Source: Candidatus Aenigmatarchaeota archaeon
Lineage (GTDB): Archaea > Aenigmatarchaeota > Aenigmatarchaeia > QMZP01 > QMZT01
Length of the DNA: 60,646 nucleotides
Direction: 5' to 3'
Assembly (NCBI GenBank): GCA_021162425.1
Contig: JAGGYQ010000022.1
Location: forward strand, 1 to 60,646
Below are positions 51,416-60,635 of the stretch, piece after piece. The translations under genes and the position numbers were made by a program. The first letter of the stretch is position 1. The number at the start of each line of letters is the position of its first letter. The notes under the pieces were generated by a model. It made no database searches. It saw nothing but the letters and a program-made list of their open reading frames with translations, and was not told the origin of the DNA.

Positions 51416-51634
51416 TCATGTGTGCCTGTCTGGGGGCGGCTTCAGATTTTCGGTGTCAGTAGGCATACCCGATGTTCCCGATTCTTTATCTGAGTGGAAA
51501 TTCTTCATATATTCGAACAGGCTGTTTGCAAAGCCCTGCGACTGACCGAACCAGTTTGTCATTAGACCCAAAACCAAAACAATGAATATCACAAGCAACA
51601 GAAGCACCACAATTACCTTCAGCCCCATTTCCAT
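51416..51634 (-). CDS. small N-terminally anchored protein (MEMG|LKVIVVLLLLVIFIVLVLGLM), first gene of the cluster
   Basis: 72-aa ORF with one TM and a polar Pro/Thr-rich tail. Confidence 0.45.
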   Translation of the reverse strand: MEMGLKVIVVLLLLVIFIVLVLGLMTNWFGQSQGFANSLFEYMKNFHSDKESGTSGMPTDTENLKPPPDRHT

Positions 51635-51708
51635 AGTTAATTATTATAGAATCATACTTATATTTTCGATTCGCCTCAAAATTTAAATTTTAAACACCAA
51701 TTAACATT

Positions 51709-52209
51709 ATGCCCAAAAAACTGATAGAAGCCGCTCTTTTCATGAGCCCGAAACCACTCAATATCGAAGAAATATCCAAAATAGTCGGGATTTCTTCGTT
51801 AGGTGAAATAGAAAAGGTAATTGAGGGGCTCGCAAAGGAATATGAAGAAAGCAACAGAGGAATGGAAATTGTAAAACTTCCTGAAGGATGGTTCATGCGA
51901 GTTAAACAAGAGCTTCTGCCAAAAGTTGCCCATCTCACACCTTACTCCGATCTTAAAGACGGGCACAAGCGAACTCTCGCTTTGATCGCTTACAAAGAGC
52001 CCATAAAGCAGAGCGACGTCATACACATACAGGGAAACAAGGCATACGGGTATATCAAGTTCCTCGAGAAAAAGGGATTGGTAAAGACCGAAAAGCACGG
52101 GAGAACAAGAATTCTTCATCTGACATCTGAGTTTGAAAGATATTTCGGCGAACAAAGGGAAAAGATAAAAGAGATGCTTTCAAAGGCAGTTGAAACTAAA
52201 AGACTTTAA
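51709..52209 (+). CDS. scpB: segregation and condensation protein B
   Basis: 'LIEAALFMSPKPLNIEEISKIVG' and 'TLALIAYKEPIKQSDVIHIQG' double-wHTH pattern. Confidence 0.85.
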   Translation: MPKKLIEAALFMSPKPLNIEEISKIVGISSLGEIEKVIEGLAKEYEESNRGMEIVKLPEGWFMRVKQELLPKVAHLTPYSDLKDGHKRTLALIAYKEPIKQSDVIHIQGNKAYGYIKFLEKKGLVKTEKHGRTRILHLTSEFERYFGEQREKIKEMLSKAVETKRL

Positions 52210-52241
52210 TCAATTTAAGAGACCTTGAACAACAATTATTT

Positions 52242-54743
52242 ATGAAAACCGGGATTTTCTTCGCTTTTCTGCTGACATTCCTACTTTTGTTGCATTTGGT
52301 GAGTGCAGATTGCAACTACTACGGTGGGGACTGGCTCATCAATGAAACCGTCATCTGCAACGAAACACTTACACTCAACGGAAGCATTCTTATCGATACT
52401 TCGGGTCATCTTACACTCGAGAATGCCACAATCCTTATGAATGTAACCAGCAACGGTGGATTGAGAATAGAGGTCAACGGGACGCTCATGCTTGTCAACA
52501 CAACCATCCGCTCCGTTACGGATAAAAGGTATCTTTTTTATGCAAACGAAGGCTCGAACCTGACTATATACGCATCAACTATAAAGGGTGTTGGTGTTTC
52601 GTCAGGTGAACCTAAAAAAAGAGGCTTGTATATAGGGACGGACAACGTCAAAATAACGAGTAACGAATTTTTGGAAAATTTCTATGCCTTGCTCATATAC
52701 TCAAGCAACAACACAGTAGCAGGGAACAGGTTTTTATCCAACACAGGTATTGTGATAAGTGGTGACAACAATCTCTTTTACAACAATCTCATACAGGGAC
52801 AGGTTAACGAGCTTTATATGTCAGGTGCCAACATCACGGTAGCGAACAACAATATCTCAGGCAACAGCGATAACGGTCTCCGTATAAAAACAGAATATTC
52901 ATTGATTTTCAACAACACACTATCAGATAACGAGAACGGTGTGCTATTTGAAGGTAACCAGACAAATATTACCGGCAACACAATCCAGTCAAATAAAAAA
53001 GGTCTTGAAATATCAGGCGACCGCAACATAATTTATGGCAATTTGTTAAAAAACAACGACATTGGATTGATTATACAGGGTTCTGACAACAATATATCCG
53101 GAAACGATATAATAGACAACTCGCTTGACATATATCTTTTTTCAGCATATGACACTTCAATAAAGAACACAACCTACGCAACGCTGCAAAGGAACTATTC
53201 TGTTGTGTTCAAAACCCTGAATCTGATAGGATATCCTGTGTCAAACGCGAACATAAAACTCATAGATTCTTTTAACAGGAGCGTTTACTCTGGGCTGACC
53301 AATTCGAATGGAGAAACACCGCAACTGATGGTGACAGTCTTTTATGAAAACGGAACAAGTTATGACTACAATCCATTTTTTGTGAATACGAGCAAAGAAG
53401 GTTACAAAACAAACGAATCAGTGATTAATATAAAGTCCAGCGGTTATGTGGAAATATTTTTGAATAAAAGTGCGAGCGAAACCCATGTTAATCAAACAAA
53501 CGCCACGCTGAATATCATTCTTTTGTCACCCGAAAATAAAACGTATCTAAAGGGTGATTTGACTGATGGCATTCTTTTGGTAAATGTCAGAGGCGATGCA
53601 AATTTGTCTCGATGTGTCTATTTTCTGGAAGCGACAAGCGGGAATATGTCAAAAACGGACAACGCAACATTCGATGCAGAAGTAAATGTGAGTTCGATGG
53701 AAGGTGTTTATAAACTGTCTGTGGTTTGTAAATCGCTTGCTGGTGCAACAAATTCTACCATTGTATGGTTTACTGTATATCCAGCATATGAATGTTTTTC
53801 GGATTACGATTGCGAAAGCAATGAAATATGCGAAAATCATGAATGTGTGCGTCTGGAATGCGAATGCGGTTATGCGGAAAATCATGAATGTGTCAGTTAT
53901 GAATGTTGCGGGGATGAGGTTTGCAGCAGCGAAGAGTATTGCAATTTAAATACGCATAAATGCGAAATCGTTCCATGCAAATGCGGTGAAAGGAAAAACC
54001 ATGAATGTATTCTCGAGCCAGGACATTGCTGCACCGATGCACAATGCGAGGAAAATGAGACCTGCGTAAATGGTATATGTGTAGAGCAAATTTTATCGCT
54101 TGAAATATCTGGAGAGATCGCAGTAGGGAAAATTGTTAAAATTAAGGTGTCTGACCAAGATGGCAATCCTGTAGAAAATGTGAAAATCGAAGTGTCGTAT
54201 GTGGACGACCCTGAAAAGAAATATGAATATTATACAGATATCAATGGCGTAGCGGATGTCCCTGTTCTTTACGCGGGAAGAGTTCAGATAGTTGCCAGGA
54301 AAGCGAATTATGTGACAGGCTTTACCACGGAAGATGTCCCAGAACCGTTCAATTGGTTTTTCCTTGTGGAGGCAGCGGCTCTTATATTCTCGATAATTAT
54401 GATTGTTTTCATCTTACTGAAATTGCTGCCTGTGATAAGGTCTCCTTTCAGGCTTGAAAAAACCGTAAGCGGGACAAGTGTGATGCTTAAGATAAAGAAC
54501 AGGACCAACAAGAAGATATTTGATATGAAAGTTGTGGACTATGTGCCAAGAGGTTCTTTCATGAGATGCAACATAAAACCTGAGATAGAGCACGTAGGCT
54601 CGGATATTGACATGCTTAAATGGACGATTCTGGAGTTGAATCCAAAGGAAGAGATTGTTATTCAATACGAGGCATCCGGTTCGCTGAAAGGATTTTCTGT
54701 TGAAGTTGATGGCAGGGAGTATAAAATTGGGAAAGGCTTGTAG
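52242..54743 (+). CDS. surface protein: signal peptide, right-handed beta-helix (PbH1/NosD-like) repeats, Cys-rich module, TM helix, C-terminal domain of about 115 aa
   Basis: Repeats 'NNISGNSDNGLRI', 'NNTLSDNENGVLF' and 'TGNTIQSNKKGLEI'. Cys-rich 'ECFSDYDCESNEICENHECV...'. TM 'FFLVEAAALIFSIIMIVFILL'. Confidence 0.8.
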   Translation: MKTGIFFAFLLTFLLLLHLVSADCNYYGGDWLINETVICNETLTLNGSILIDTSGHLTLENATILMNVTSNGGLRIEVNGTLMLVNTTIRSVTDKRYLFYANEGSNLTIYASTIKGVGVSSGEPKKRGLYIGTDNVKITSNEFLENFYALLIYSSNNTVAGNRFLSNTGIVISGDNNLFYNNLIQGQVNELYMSGANITVANNNISGNSDNGLRIKTEYSLIFNNTLSDNENGVLFEGNQTNITGNTIQSNKKGLEISGDRNIIYGNLLKNNDIGLIIQGSDNNISGNDIIDNSLDIYLFSAYDTSIKNTTYATLQRNYSVVFKTLNLIGYPVSNANIKLIDSFNRSVYSGLTNSNGETPQLMVTVFYENGTSYDYNPFFVNTSKEGYKTNESVINIKSSGYVEIFLNKSASETHVNQTNATLNIILLSPENKTYLKGDLTDGILLVNVRGDANLSRCVYFLEATSGNMSKTDNATFDAEVNVSSMEGVYKLSVVCKSLAGATNSTIVWFTVYPAYECFSDYDCESNEICENHECVRLECECGYAENHECVSYECCGDEVCSSEEYCNLNTHKCEIVPCKCGERKNHECILEPGHCCTDAQCEENETCVNGICVEQILSLEISGEIAVGKIVKIKVSDQDGNPVENVKIEVSYVDDPEKKYEYYTDINGVADVPVLYAGRVQIVARKANYVTGFTTEDVPEPFNWFFLVEAAALIFSIIMIVFILLKLLPVIRSPFRLEKTVSGTSVMLKIKNRTNKKIFDMKVVDYVPRGSFMRCNIKPEIEHVGSDIDMLKWTILELNPKEEIVIQYEASGSLKGFSVEVDGREYKIGKGL

Positions 54744-54806
54744 ATAATTGCAAGTGGTTGAGTTGAATATTTTTAAATCTTCTGTGATTGTATTAATAGT
54801 GATAGT

Positions 54807-55751
54807 ATGTGGCTCCATGTGAGGATGTTTATATTGCTCGGAGTGATGTTTGCGATAGTCTATGCAATAATCGTAGTTATAGCTTCGTTCATGGGTATAG
54901 GGAGTTTTCTGCTTTATGGTGTTATTGCCATATTGCTTACATTCGTTCAATACTGGATAAGTCCGAGAATTGTTGAATGGTCTATGCGTGTTCACTATGT
55001 TTCACCAGAGGAAGAGCCAGAGCTCCACAGAATGGTCGAAGAACTTGCAAACAAAGCCGGTATCAAAAAGCCAAGAGTCGCAATCTCGGATATAAGGATA
55101 CCAAATGCTTTTGCATTCGGAAGAAGTATTGGGGATGGGAGAGTGTGTGTGACGAAAGGGTTGCTCGATCTTCTTGATAAAAACGAATTAAAAGCTGTTT
55201 TGGGGCACGAAATATCCCATATAAGGCACAGGGATATGATTTTCATGACTATGCTGGGCGTGATACCAATGATACTTTGGTATCTTTCGTGGAGTTCAAT
55301 GTACGCCCGCGGAAGCAACAGAGACAACCTTGCTCTGGTAGGACTTTTCGCGTTCATATTCTATTTTATAACGAATCTTCTCGTGCTTTATGCCTCAAGA
55401 ATTCGTGAATATTATGCAGACAGGGGAAGCATCGAGCTGGGAAATAGACCTCATACGCTGGCATCCGCCTTGTATAAACTTGTTTATGGGAGCGCATCCG
55501 TGAGCGACTACGACTTAAAACAGGTAGAGGGGTACAAAGCATTTTTTGTCAACGATCCTTCAAGAGCACACAAAGAACTAAAAGAGTTGAAAGATCTAGA
55601 TGTAAACATGAGCGGAACGATAGAAAATGATGAACTTGAGATTCTGAAAAAGGGTAAAATAAAGTTAGGTTTCACCGATAGGTTGATGGAGATATTAAGT
55701 ACGCATCCAAATATGTTGAAGAGGATAAAATATTTGTCATCTCTTTCCTAA
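54807..55751 (+). CDS. htpX: HtpX-like M48 membrane protease
   Basis: 'LGHEISHIRHRD' (HExxH) flanked by TM segments. Confidence 0.9.
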   Translation: MWLHVRMFILLGVMFAIVYAIIVVIASFMGIGSFLLYGVIAILLTFVQYWISPRIVEWSMRVHYVSPEEEPELHRMVEELANKAGIKKPRVAISDIRIPNAFAFGRSIGDGRVCVTKGLLDLLDKNELKAVLGHEISHIRHRDMIFMTMLGVIPMILWYLSWSSMYARGSNRDNLALVGLFAFIFYFITNLLVLYASRIREYYADRGSIELGNRPHTLASALYKLVYGSASVSDYDLKQVEGYKAFFVNDPSRAHKELKELKDLDVNMSGTIENDELEILKKGKIKLGFTDRLMEILSTHPNMLKRIKYLSSLS

Positions 55752-56387
55752 AACTATATCCACTAATTCTTTCATGTTTTTTACCCTGTAATCAGAAGTG
55801 ATATTTTTATTCCATTTCGCATCTAGTATGCATATCTTGCAACCAGAATTTTTTGCAAACTCAACGTCCGTTTCACTATCACCGACAACAAGTATTTCAT
55901 CTGGATTAATATTCAGAGATTTTATAATACAAATCATTTCATCTGGTTCAGGTTTTCCCTTTTCGACATCCGAAACCGTGCAGATTTTATCGAAATATTC
56001 GTAAACACCTAAATGTTTTAGGAATTTTTGAGGTGGTCCAGAAACCGTGTTTGTCGCAAGTGCTATTTTCACGCCGTTATCTTTCAGAACTTCCAAAGCT
56101 TCTTTAACACCCGGATTAAGCTTTACATAATCAACACCTATGGAAGAATAATTTTCATGCATAAGTTCTTTCATCTTTTTCACGTTTTCTTCCGAATACT
56201 TGTCACCTTCCTTCAAAAGTGTTTCTGCCCATATTTCAAATGGTTTTCCAAAGAATCTCTCTATATCTTTCTCCCATTCGTAAGGACCTAAACCAATAGT
56301 TGAGAAGGTCTTATTAATAGCTACCATTATCCCATCGATTGAATTCACAAGTGTTCCATCAAGATCGAAAACAACACATCTGAACAT
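55737..56387 (-). CDS. HAD-superfamily phosphatase (phosphoglycolate phosphatase-like)
   Basis: 'VVFDLDGTLVNS' (motif I) and 'VGDSETDVEFAKNSG' (motif IV). Confidence 0.85.
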   Translation of the reverse strand: MFRCVVFDLDGTLVNSIDGIMVAINKTFSTIGLGPYEWEKDIERFFGKPFEIWAETLLKEGDKYSEENVKKMKELMHENYSSIGVDYVKLNPGVKEALEVLKDNGVKIALATNTVSGPPQKFLKHLGVYEYFDKICTVSDVEKGKPEPDEMICIIKSLNINPDEILVVGDSETDVEFAKNSGCKICILDAKWNKNITSDYRVKNMKELVDIVLGKR

Positions 56388-56446
56388 ACTTCCACCGAGA
56401 ATTATAGTTTGTAAGTAGTTATATTAAAATGTTTTGGTGAATTATG

Positions 56447-56827
56447 TCACTTTTCCTTCAGCTCTGTGTACTTTTTTGCATTTCCTCTTGCAAGTTCAAC
56501 CGGATACTTTTCTTTAGCGATTTTCAACTTTTCTTCAACTATCTCGGAAACATCAAGATCAAGTCTGTTCGCCAAGTTCAAAGCGCATATGAAAACATCT
56601 GCAAGTTCTTCCCTTATTTTGCTCATAATCTTCTCGTTTTTCTTTGTCTCTTCAAGAGGCTCTTTATCCTTCCACAAAAACACTTCAAGCAATTCACTCG
56701 CTTCTATGCTTAGGCAGGTAGCAAGTTCCTTCGGATGATGAAATTTTTCCCAATCGCGCTCCTTTACGAATTTCTTTATCAAATCCTTCAGAACCTGAAC
56801 GTTGGTTTTTTCATCTTTCGAAACCAT
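56447..56827 (-). CDS. MazG-like nucleoside triphosphate pyrophosphohydrolase
   Basis: 'IEASELLEVFLWK' and 'REELADVFICALNLA', the EExxE/D-type helices. Confidence 0.8.
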   Translation of the reverse strand: MVSKDEKTNVQVLKDLIKKFVKERDWEKFHHPKELATCLSIEASELLEVFLWKDKEPLEETKKNEKIMSKIREELADVFICALNLANRLDLDVSEIVEEKLKIAKEKYPVELARGNAKKYTELKEK

Positions 56828-56856
56828 GTTTACTTTTGAAAACGAAGATTAAAAAA

Positions 56857-57516
56857 TCATAACGAATTTCCCTCACACTCTTCTCTGTATTCACAATATT
56901 TACACATCCAGTTCTTGTTCGGGTTTAGTTTTGCCTCTGGTTCGGGTATTTTGTTCATAACGAGATGGTCATGGAGCGTTTCAAATCTTTTCATTATATC
57001 TTTCACCTGTTCTTTGTCATATTCAACTTCAAATTCTATGGTCTTCAAAGAAGATTTTTCAATGTAAACTATCATACCGTTTGGTATCTTCAATGCATGC
57101 ATATACATCTGTAGTTGCTTAACGTGCGCATCCTGAGGTTCGTTTATCATTTTGAGACTTTTTGTGGATTTAACCTCGACTAAAATCTTTTTTCCATTTG
57201 CCTCGACTATCATTATGTCGTCGACTCTCCCGGAAATCGTGAAATTCGGGAGGACCAGCCTGAATGGAACTTCAGAATCCACAAGTCTAACCTGTTGTGT
57301 CTTCTCTGAGCGGAGAACATCAGCTATAAAGTCATGAAGCATCAGACCTACTTGAAAAATCTTTATTTTGTCCTTGTCTGGCTCTTTGGGTTTTTTGTAG
57401 GTGAACCACACCTTGCGAATACACGAACCTATTTCAGATGGATAGTACACGCCGACTTTCTTCTCTTTCAACTCCCTTCTCAGATGCTCATCTATGAGTT
57501 TTTCAAAATTTATCAT
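56857..57516 (-). CDS. Cas4-like PD-(D/E)xK exonuclease with a 4-Cys cluster
   Basis: N-terminal Cys 'GSCIRKVW', 'VDDIMIVEANGKKILVEVKSTKS' (D...E-x-K), 'QLQMYMHAL' (QxxxY) and C-terminal 'CKYCEYREEC'. Confidence 0.75.
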   Translation of the reverse strand: MINFEKLIDEHLRRELKEKKVGVYYPSEIGSCIRKVWFTYKKPKEPDKDKIKIFQVGLMLHDFIADVLRSEKTQQVRLVDSEVPFRLVLPNFTISGRVDDIMIVEANGKKILVEVKSTKSLKMINEPQDAHVKQLQMYMHALKIPNGMIVYIEKSSLKTIEFEVEYDKEQVKDIMKRFETLHDHLVMNKIPEPEAKLNPNKNWMCKYCEYREECEGNSL

Positions 57517-57538
57517 GAATTATTATTGGACGTAAAAA

Positions 57539-59446
57539 CTAAAAATTCAACTCACCAATTTCTTCGAGATCGTAGAGTTTATTCATTTTGATCATACCGT
57601 TTGATATAGTGTAAAGCACATTATCTATGTAAAGGCTCCTTTTAACGGAGTATTTGTCGCCGTAAAAATAGTGTCCACTTTTCAGGAATTCATCTTTATT
57701 TTTGAAGTGTGTAATTCTTCCGAGAAACTCAAACCCATTTTCAAGTGTTACCCTGTATGCATAAGCGCCTTTATATACAAATTCGCCGTATATATACGGT
57801 GGTAGATTTTCTTTATCTCCCTTTATCTCAGCGAGCAACACGGGGATGACAAGGAGATTTTTATTCTTGCTGAAGAGAAAAGCCTTGTGGTTGTGCAAAG
57901 CGTAGGAATCCGTCCCTCTATCGCCTATCACAACCTTGCCTATCTCTTTTGGATTGGAAACATCTGTCACATCGAATAAAGCGATCTTCAATCCCTGATA
58001 CCAGGCGAAATCATCCTCTCCCGCGGGAACTGTTTCCTTGCCTATGCCTATTATATGGTTCTCATCGTAGGGATGAAGATAATCAGAATAGCCCGGTATC
58101 TTCAGTTTGCCCAAAATTTTTGGATTTTTCGGGTCAGATAAATCTATTACAAAGAACGGATCGGTTTTTCTGAATGTAACAAGGTATGCCCGCTCACCCA
58201 TGAATCTTGCCGAATATATGCTCTCGCCAGGGGCTATGTTTTCGATGTCACCGATTTGTTTGAGATTTTCATCGTAAATGTAAATGTTGTTTGATGTATT
58301 TCCGCCAAATATCGTAACCCTTCCGAGGGTTGTCGCTATTCGGAAGTATCCGTTATATTCATCCATGGAGAACTGGTTGAGTATGTGTCCTGGGACTTCG
58401 AAACTGCCTATGAATTTTATCTCCCCGTTGCCAAGGGAAAACTTGTGCACGACAGTTTTTTCTTCACCCTTTTGAACGATTTCAGGTCCTGCTCTCAGAA
58501 TCGTGAGAGGGAAGTACATTTCTGCTATGTATAGGTTTTCTTTCGATGCGTATATGCTTTGACCTGAACCAAGTATGACTCGTTTCTCCATTTTGGCTTC
58601 TGGGTCTTCCATGGAAAGAGAAGCAACTGTGATGAAAGTCTCGGGCTTTGTGTCTTCAAAATACTCGATGTCAGAGCATCCGCACAACGCTTTTGTGTCT
58701 TTACCTTCTGCGCTGTCATAAAATTCTGGAAGTATAACTTTTGCATTTTTAACAATATCTGGGTAGGAGTCTACAACAAAGTAAACATAAGGCCCTATCT
58801 TTCTAGACGAAACATAGCGACCTTCAATTTGAATTTCTCGCGTCATTTTTGGCTCACTTCTGTCAGTTATGTCATATAGCCTAACAGCAACAAAGCTTTT
58901 TCTCATGGGAAAGGGCAGCTTGGTGTTGTTGTTTTCTTTGTAGACATACCCAAACAGGAGGAGTGTATTTTTATGAACGAACATTTCGATTGGCTCAAAA
59001 TCCTTGAATTCGATTACATTTAAAATACTCGATTCCTCTGGCGGGTATGCCTTTGCTATAGCAAGTTTATTTGTTTTCATGTATTCATTTTTTTCTGTGT
59101 TGTAATAAGATGATATAGCGTAGATGTATTCGCCATCTGTCTTCACAATATCCGCTTCGTCAACACCTTCAACCTGAACATTGGTGGCTGAGAATTCAGG
59201 TGATGGACGTGAACCTGCCTGTGCGGATTCGGTTGCCCCTAACTTTCTTATAATCATGGCATTTGGATAAGATTTCTGGTATTCATCTATCATCTCAACC
59301 AAAGCACTGCATGAACTAACCTTTGATATTTTTGAATGTGCAGATTCGTTATTTTGGACGGCATAAAAAGAAACCATCATCGAAACAAGCAGAGCCAGTA
59401 TTAGAAATACCGGGGGTATTCCACCTCTAATCTTTTTTTGTGTCAT
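57539..59446 (-). CDS. secreted/anchored beta-propeller-domain protein (COG4880-like)
   Basis: N-terminal TM, 'NVQVEGVDEADIVKTDGEYIYAIS' hallmark, and a long C-terminal propeller-like region. Confidence 0.7.
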   Translation of the reverse strand: MTQKKIRGGIPPVFLILALLVSMMVSFYAVQNNESAHSKISKVSSCSALVEMIDEYQKSYPNAMIIRKLGATESAQAGSRPSPEFSATNVQVEGVDEADIVKTDGEYIYAISSYYNTEKNEYMKTNKLAIAKAYPPEESSILNVIEFKDFEPIEMFVHKNTLLLFGYVYKENNNTKLPFPMRKSFVAVRLYDITDRSEPKMTREIQIEGRYVSSRKIGPYVYFVVDSYPDIVKNAKVILPEFYDSAEGKDTKALCGCSDIEYFEDTKPETFITVASLSMEDPEAKMEKRVILGSGQSIYASKENLYIAEMYFPLTILRAGPEIVQKGEEKTVVHKFSLGNGEIKFIGSFEVPGHILNQFSMDEYNGYFRIATTLGRVTIFGGNTSNNIYIYDENLKQIGDIENIAPGESIYSARFMGERAYLVTFRKTDPFFVIDLSDPKNPKILGKLKIPGYSDYLHPYDENHIIGIGKETVPAGEDDFAWYQGLKIALFDVTDVSNPKEIGKVVIGDRGTDSYALHNHKAFLFSKNKNLLVIPVLLAEIKGDKENLPPYIYGEFVYKGAYAYRVTLENGFEFLGRITHFKNKDEFLKSGHYFYGDKYSVKRSLYIDNVLYTISNGMIKMNKLYDLEEIGELNF

Positions 59447-59519
59447 GATTTGTTTTTAAAAATCGGTATTTAAATTATTCTCGATTTGTTTCGGTGAAAG
59501 GCGAAATATTTTCCTTTAT

Positions 59520-60635
59520 TCAGGGGATGATTTCACACCCGTTGTATTTGACGTGGTCGAAATCCTCGAAATTTATGACACCTTTTTCTATGAGCTCTTT
59601 TATCTCTGGAATTTTTGATTGAATTGTTCTTATAAGATGTTTAACAGTTTTGCATACTTCGGAAAAACCTTTCTCCCCCCAAGGCTGGAGATAGTTCCCG
59701 TAGAGACATCTTCCACCGCATATATCGAAAAACTCACAGGATTTGCACGGTTCTTTCCATTCGTAGTCCATTTTGAGATTGCTTGGATGTGTATTCCATA
59801 TGTCACCTAAATAAAAATCTTTCAGCCCGACCATTATGGGGCAAGCCACGATTCTCCCGTTTGTTAGTATTGTGAAATTTGTGTAGCCTGAACCGCAGCG
59901 AAGGAGTGCTTTGTTTATCCCGTGAAGGAAATCGTAAGCCAAATCAAGAAATGGGTAGAGTTTTAGAACCCTTCCCTCTTTCATCTTTTTTATCCAATAG
60001 TCGACGAGTTTTGTTATTCCTGGATTATATGAGGTTTTCACCCATTGAATAAAGTTCCTTTTAGGATAGTCGTGTTCCCAGAAATTCGCGTCTAACTGCC
60101 AATGAACAGATGTGAAAGGAAAATCTTTATTTTCAACAAGATATCTGACCTGCTTGTAAATATCCTGTTCTTCTATAGTCATTCGTGCGATTATTTCGCC
60201 ACGAAATCCGTTTTTTCTTATCCTTTTAATATTCTCCATAACCATCCTGTAATTTCCCTTACCTCTGTATTTATCTGTGGTTTCCTTGTCGCCATCTATG
60301 GAAACCAGAATTGTGTGAAAACGATTGATGCATTTCTCTGGTAAAACGTTTAGAAGCAATCCGTTCGTCTGGATCATGTATCTCGCATTTATCATATCCA
60401 TTATCTTTTTTATGAGATCCGGTCTTAACGTAGGCTCACCACCGTAAAATGTTATCGTTGGATCAGGGTCTTTCGATATGAATTTCTTCAGGTCATCAAC
60501 GCTGTAAGAAAGTGAGGCAGGCACATTGTAATCTATGTCAAAGCCGAAGCTTTCTTTCATATCTTCGAGTGATTTTTCGTAGCAATAATAGCATTGCCCG
60601 TTGCATTCTGTTGTCAAGATGATGTGATAGAACAT
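59520..60635 (-). CDS. radical SAM protein with a C-terminal SPASM-like Cys cluster
   Basis: 'LTTECNGQCYYCY' (CX3CX2C), 'FYGGEPTL' and C-terminal 'CKSCEFFDICGGRCLYG'. Confidence 0.8.
   Translation of the reverse strand: MFYHIILTTECNGQCYYCYEKSLEDMKESFGFDIDYNVPASLSYSVDDLKKFISKDPDPTITFYGGEPTLRPDLIKKIMDMINARYMIQTNGLLLNVLPEKCINRFHTILVSIDGDKETTDKYRGKGNYRMVMENIKRIRKNGFRGEIIARMTIEEQDIYKQVRYLVENKDFPFTSVHWQLDANFWEHDYPKRNFIQWVKTSYNPGITKLVDYWIKKMKEGRVLKLYPFLDLAYDFLHGINKALLRCGSGYTNFTILTNGRIVACPIMVGLKDFYLGDIWNTHPSNLKMDYEWKEPCKSCEFFDICGGRCLYGNYLQPWGEKGFSEVCKTVKHLIRTIQSKIPEIKELIEKGVINFEDFDHVKYNGCEIIP

Noticed and set aside
43478-51708. The idea that the hydrolase/pilin operon is an integrated mobile element targeted to the adjacent tRNA genes
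   Set aside because: I recognised no integrase, excisionase or replication gene. I found no direct repeat of either tRNA 3' end downstream. The core chromatin gene albA lies between the tRNAs and the operon. This remains testable by comparative genomics.
54414-54995. 193-aa minus-strand ORF bridging the 3' end of the beta-helix gene and the 5' end of htpX
   Set aside because: It overlaps two well-supported + strand genes and the intergenic promoter, and it has no motif.
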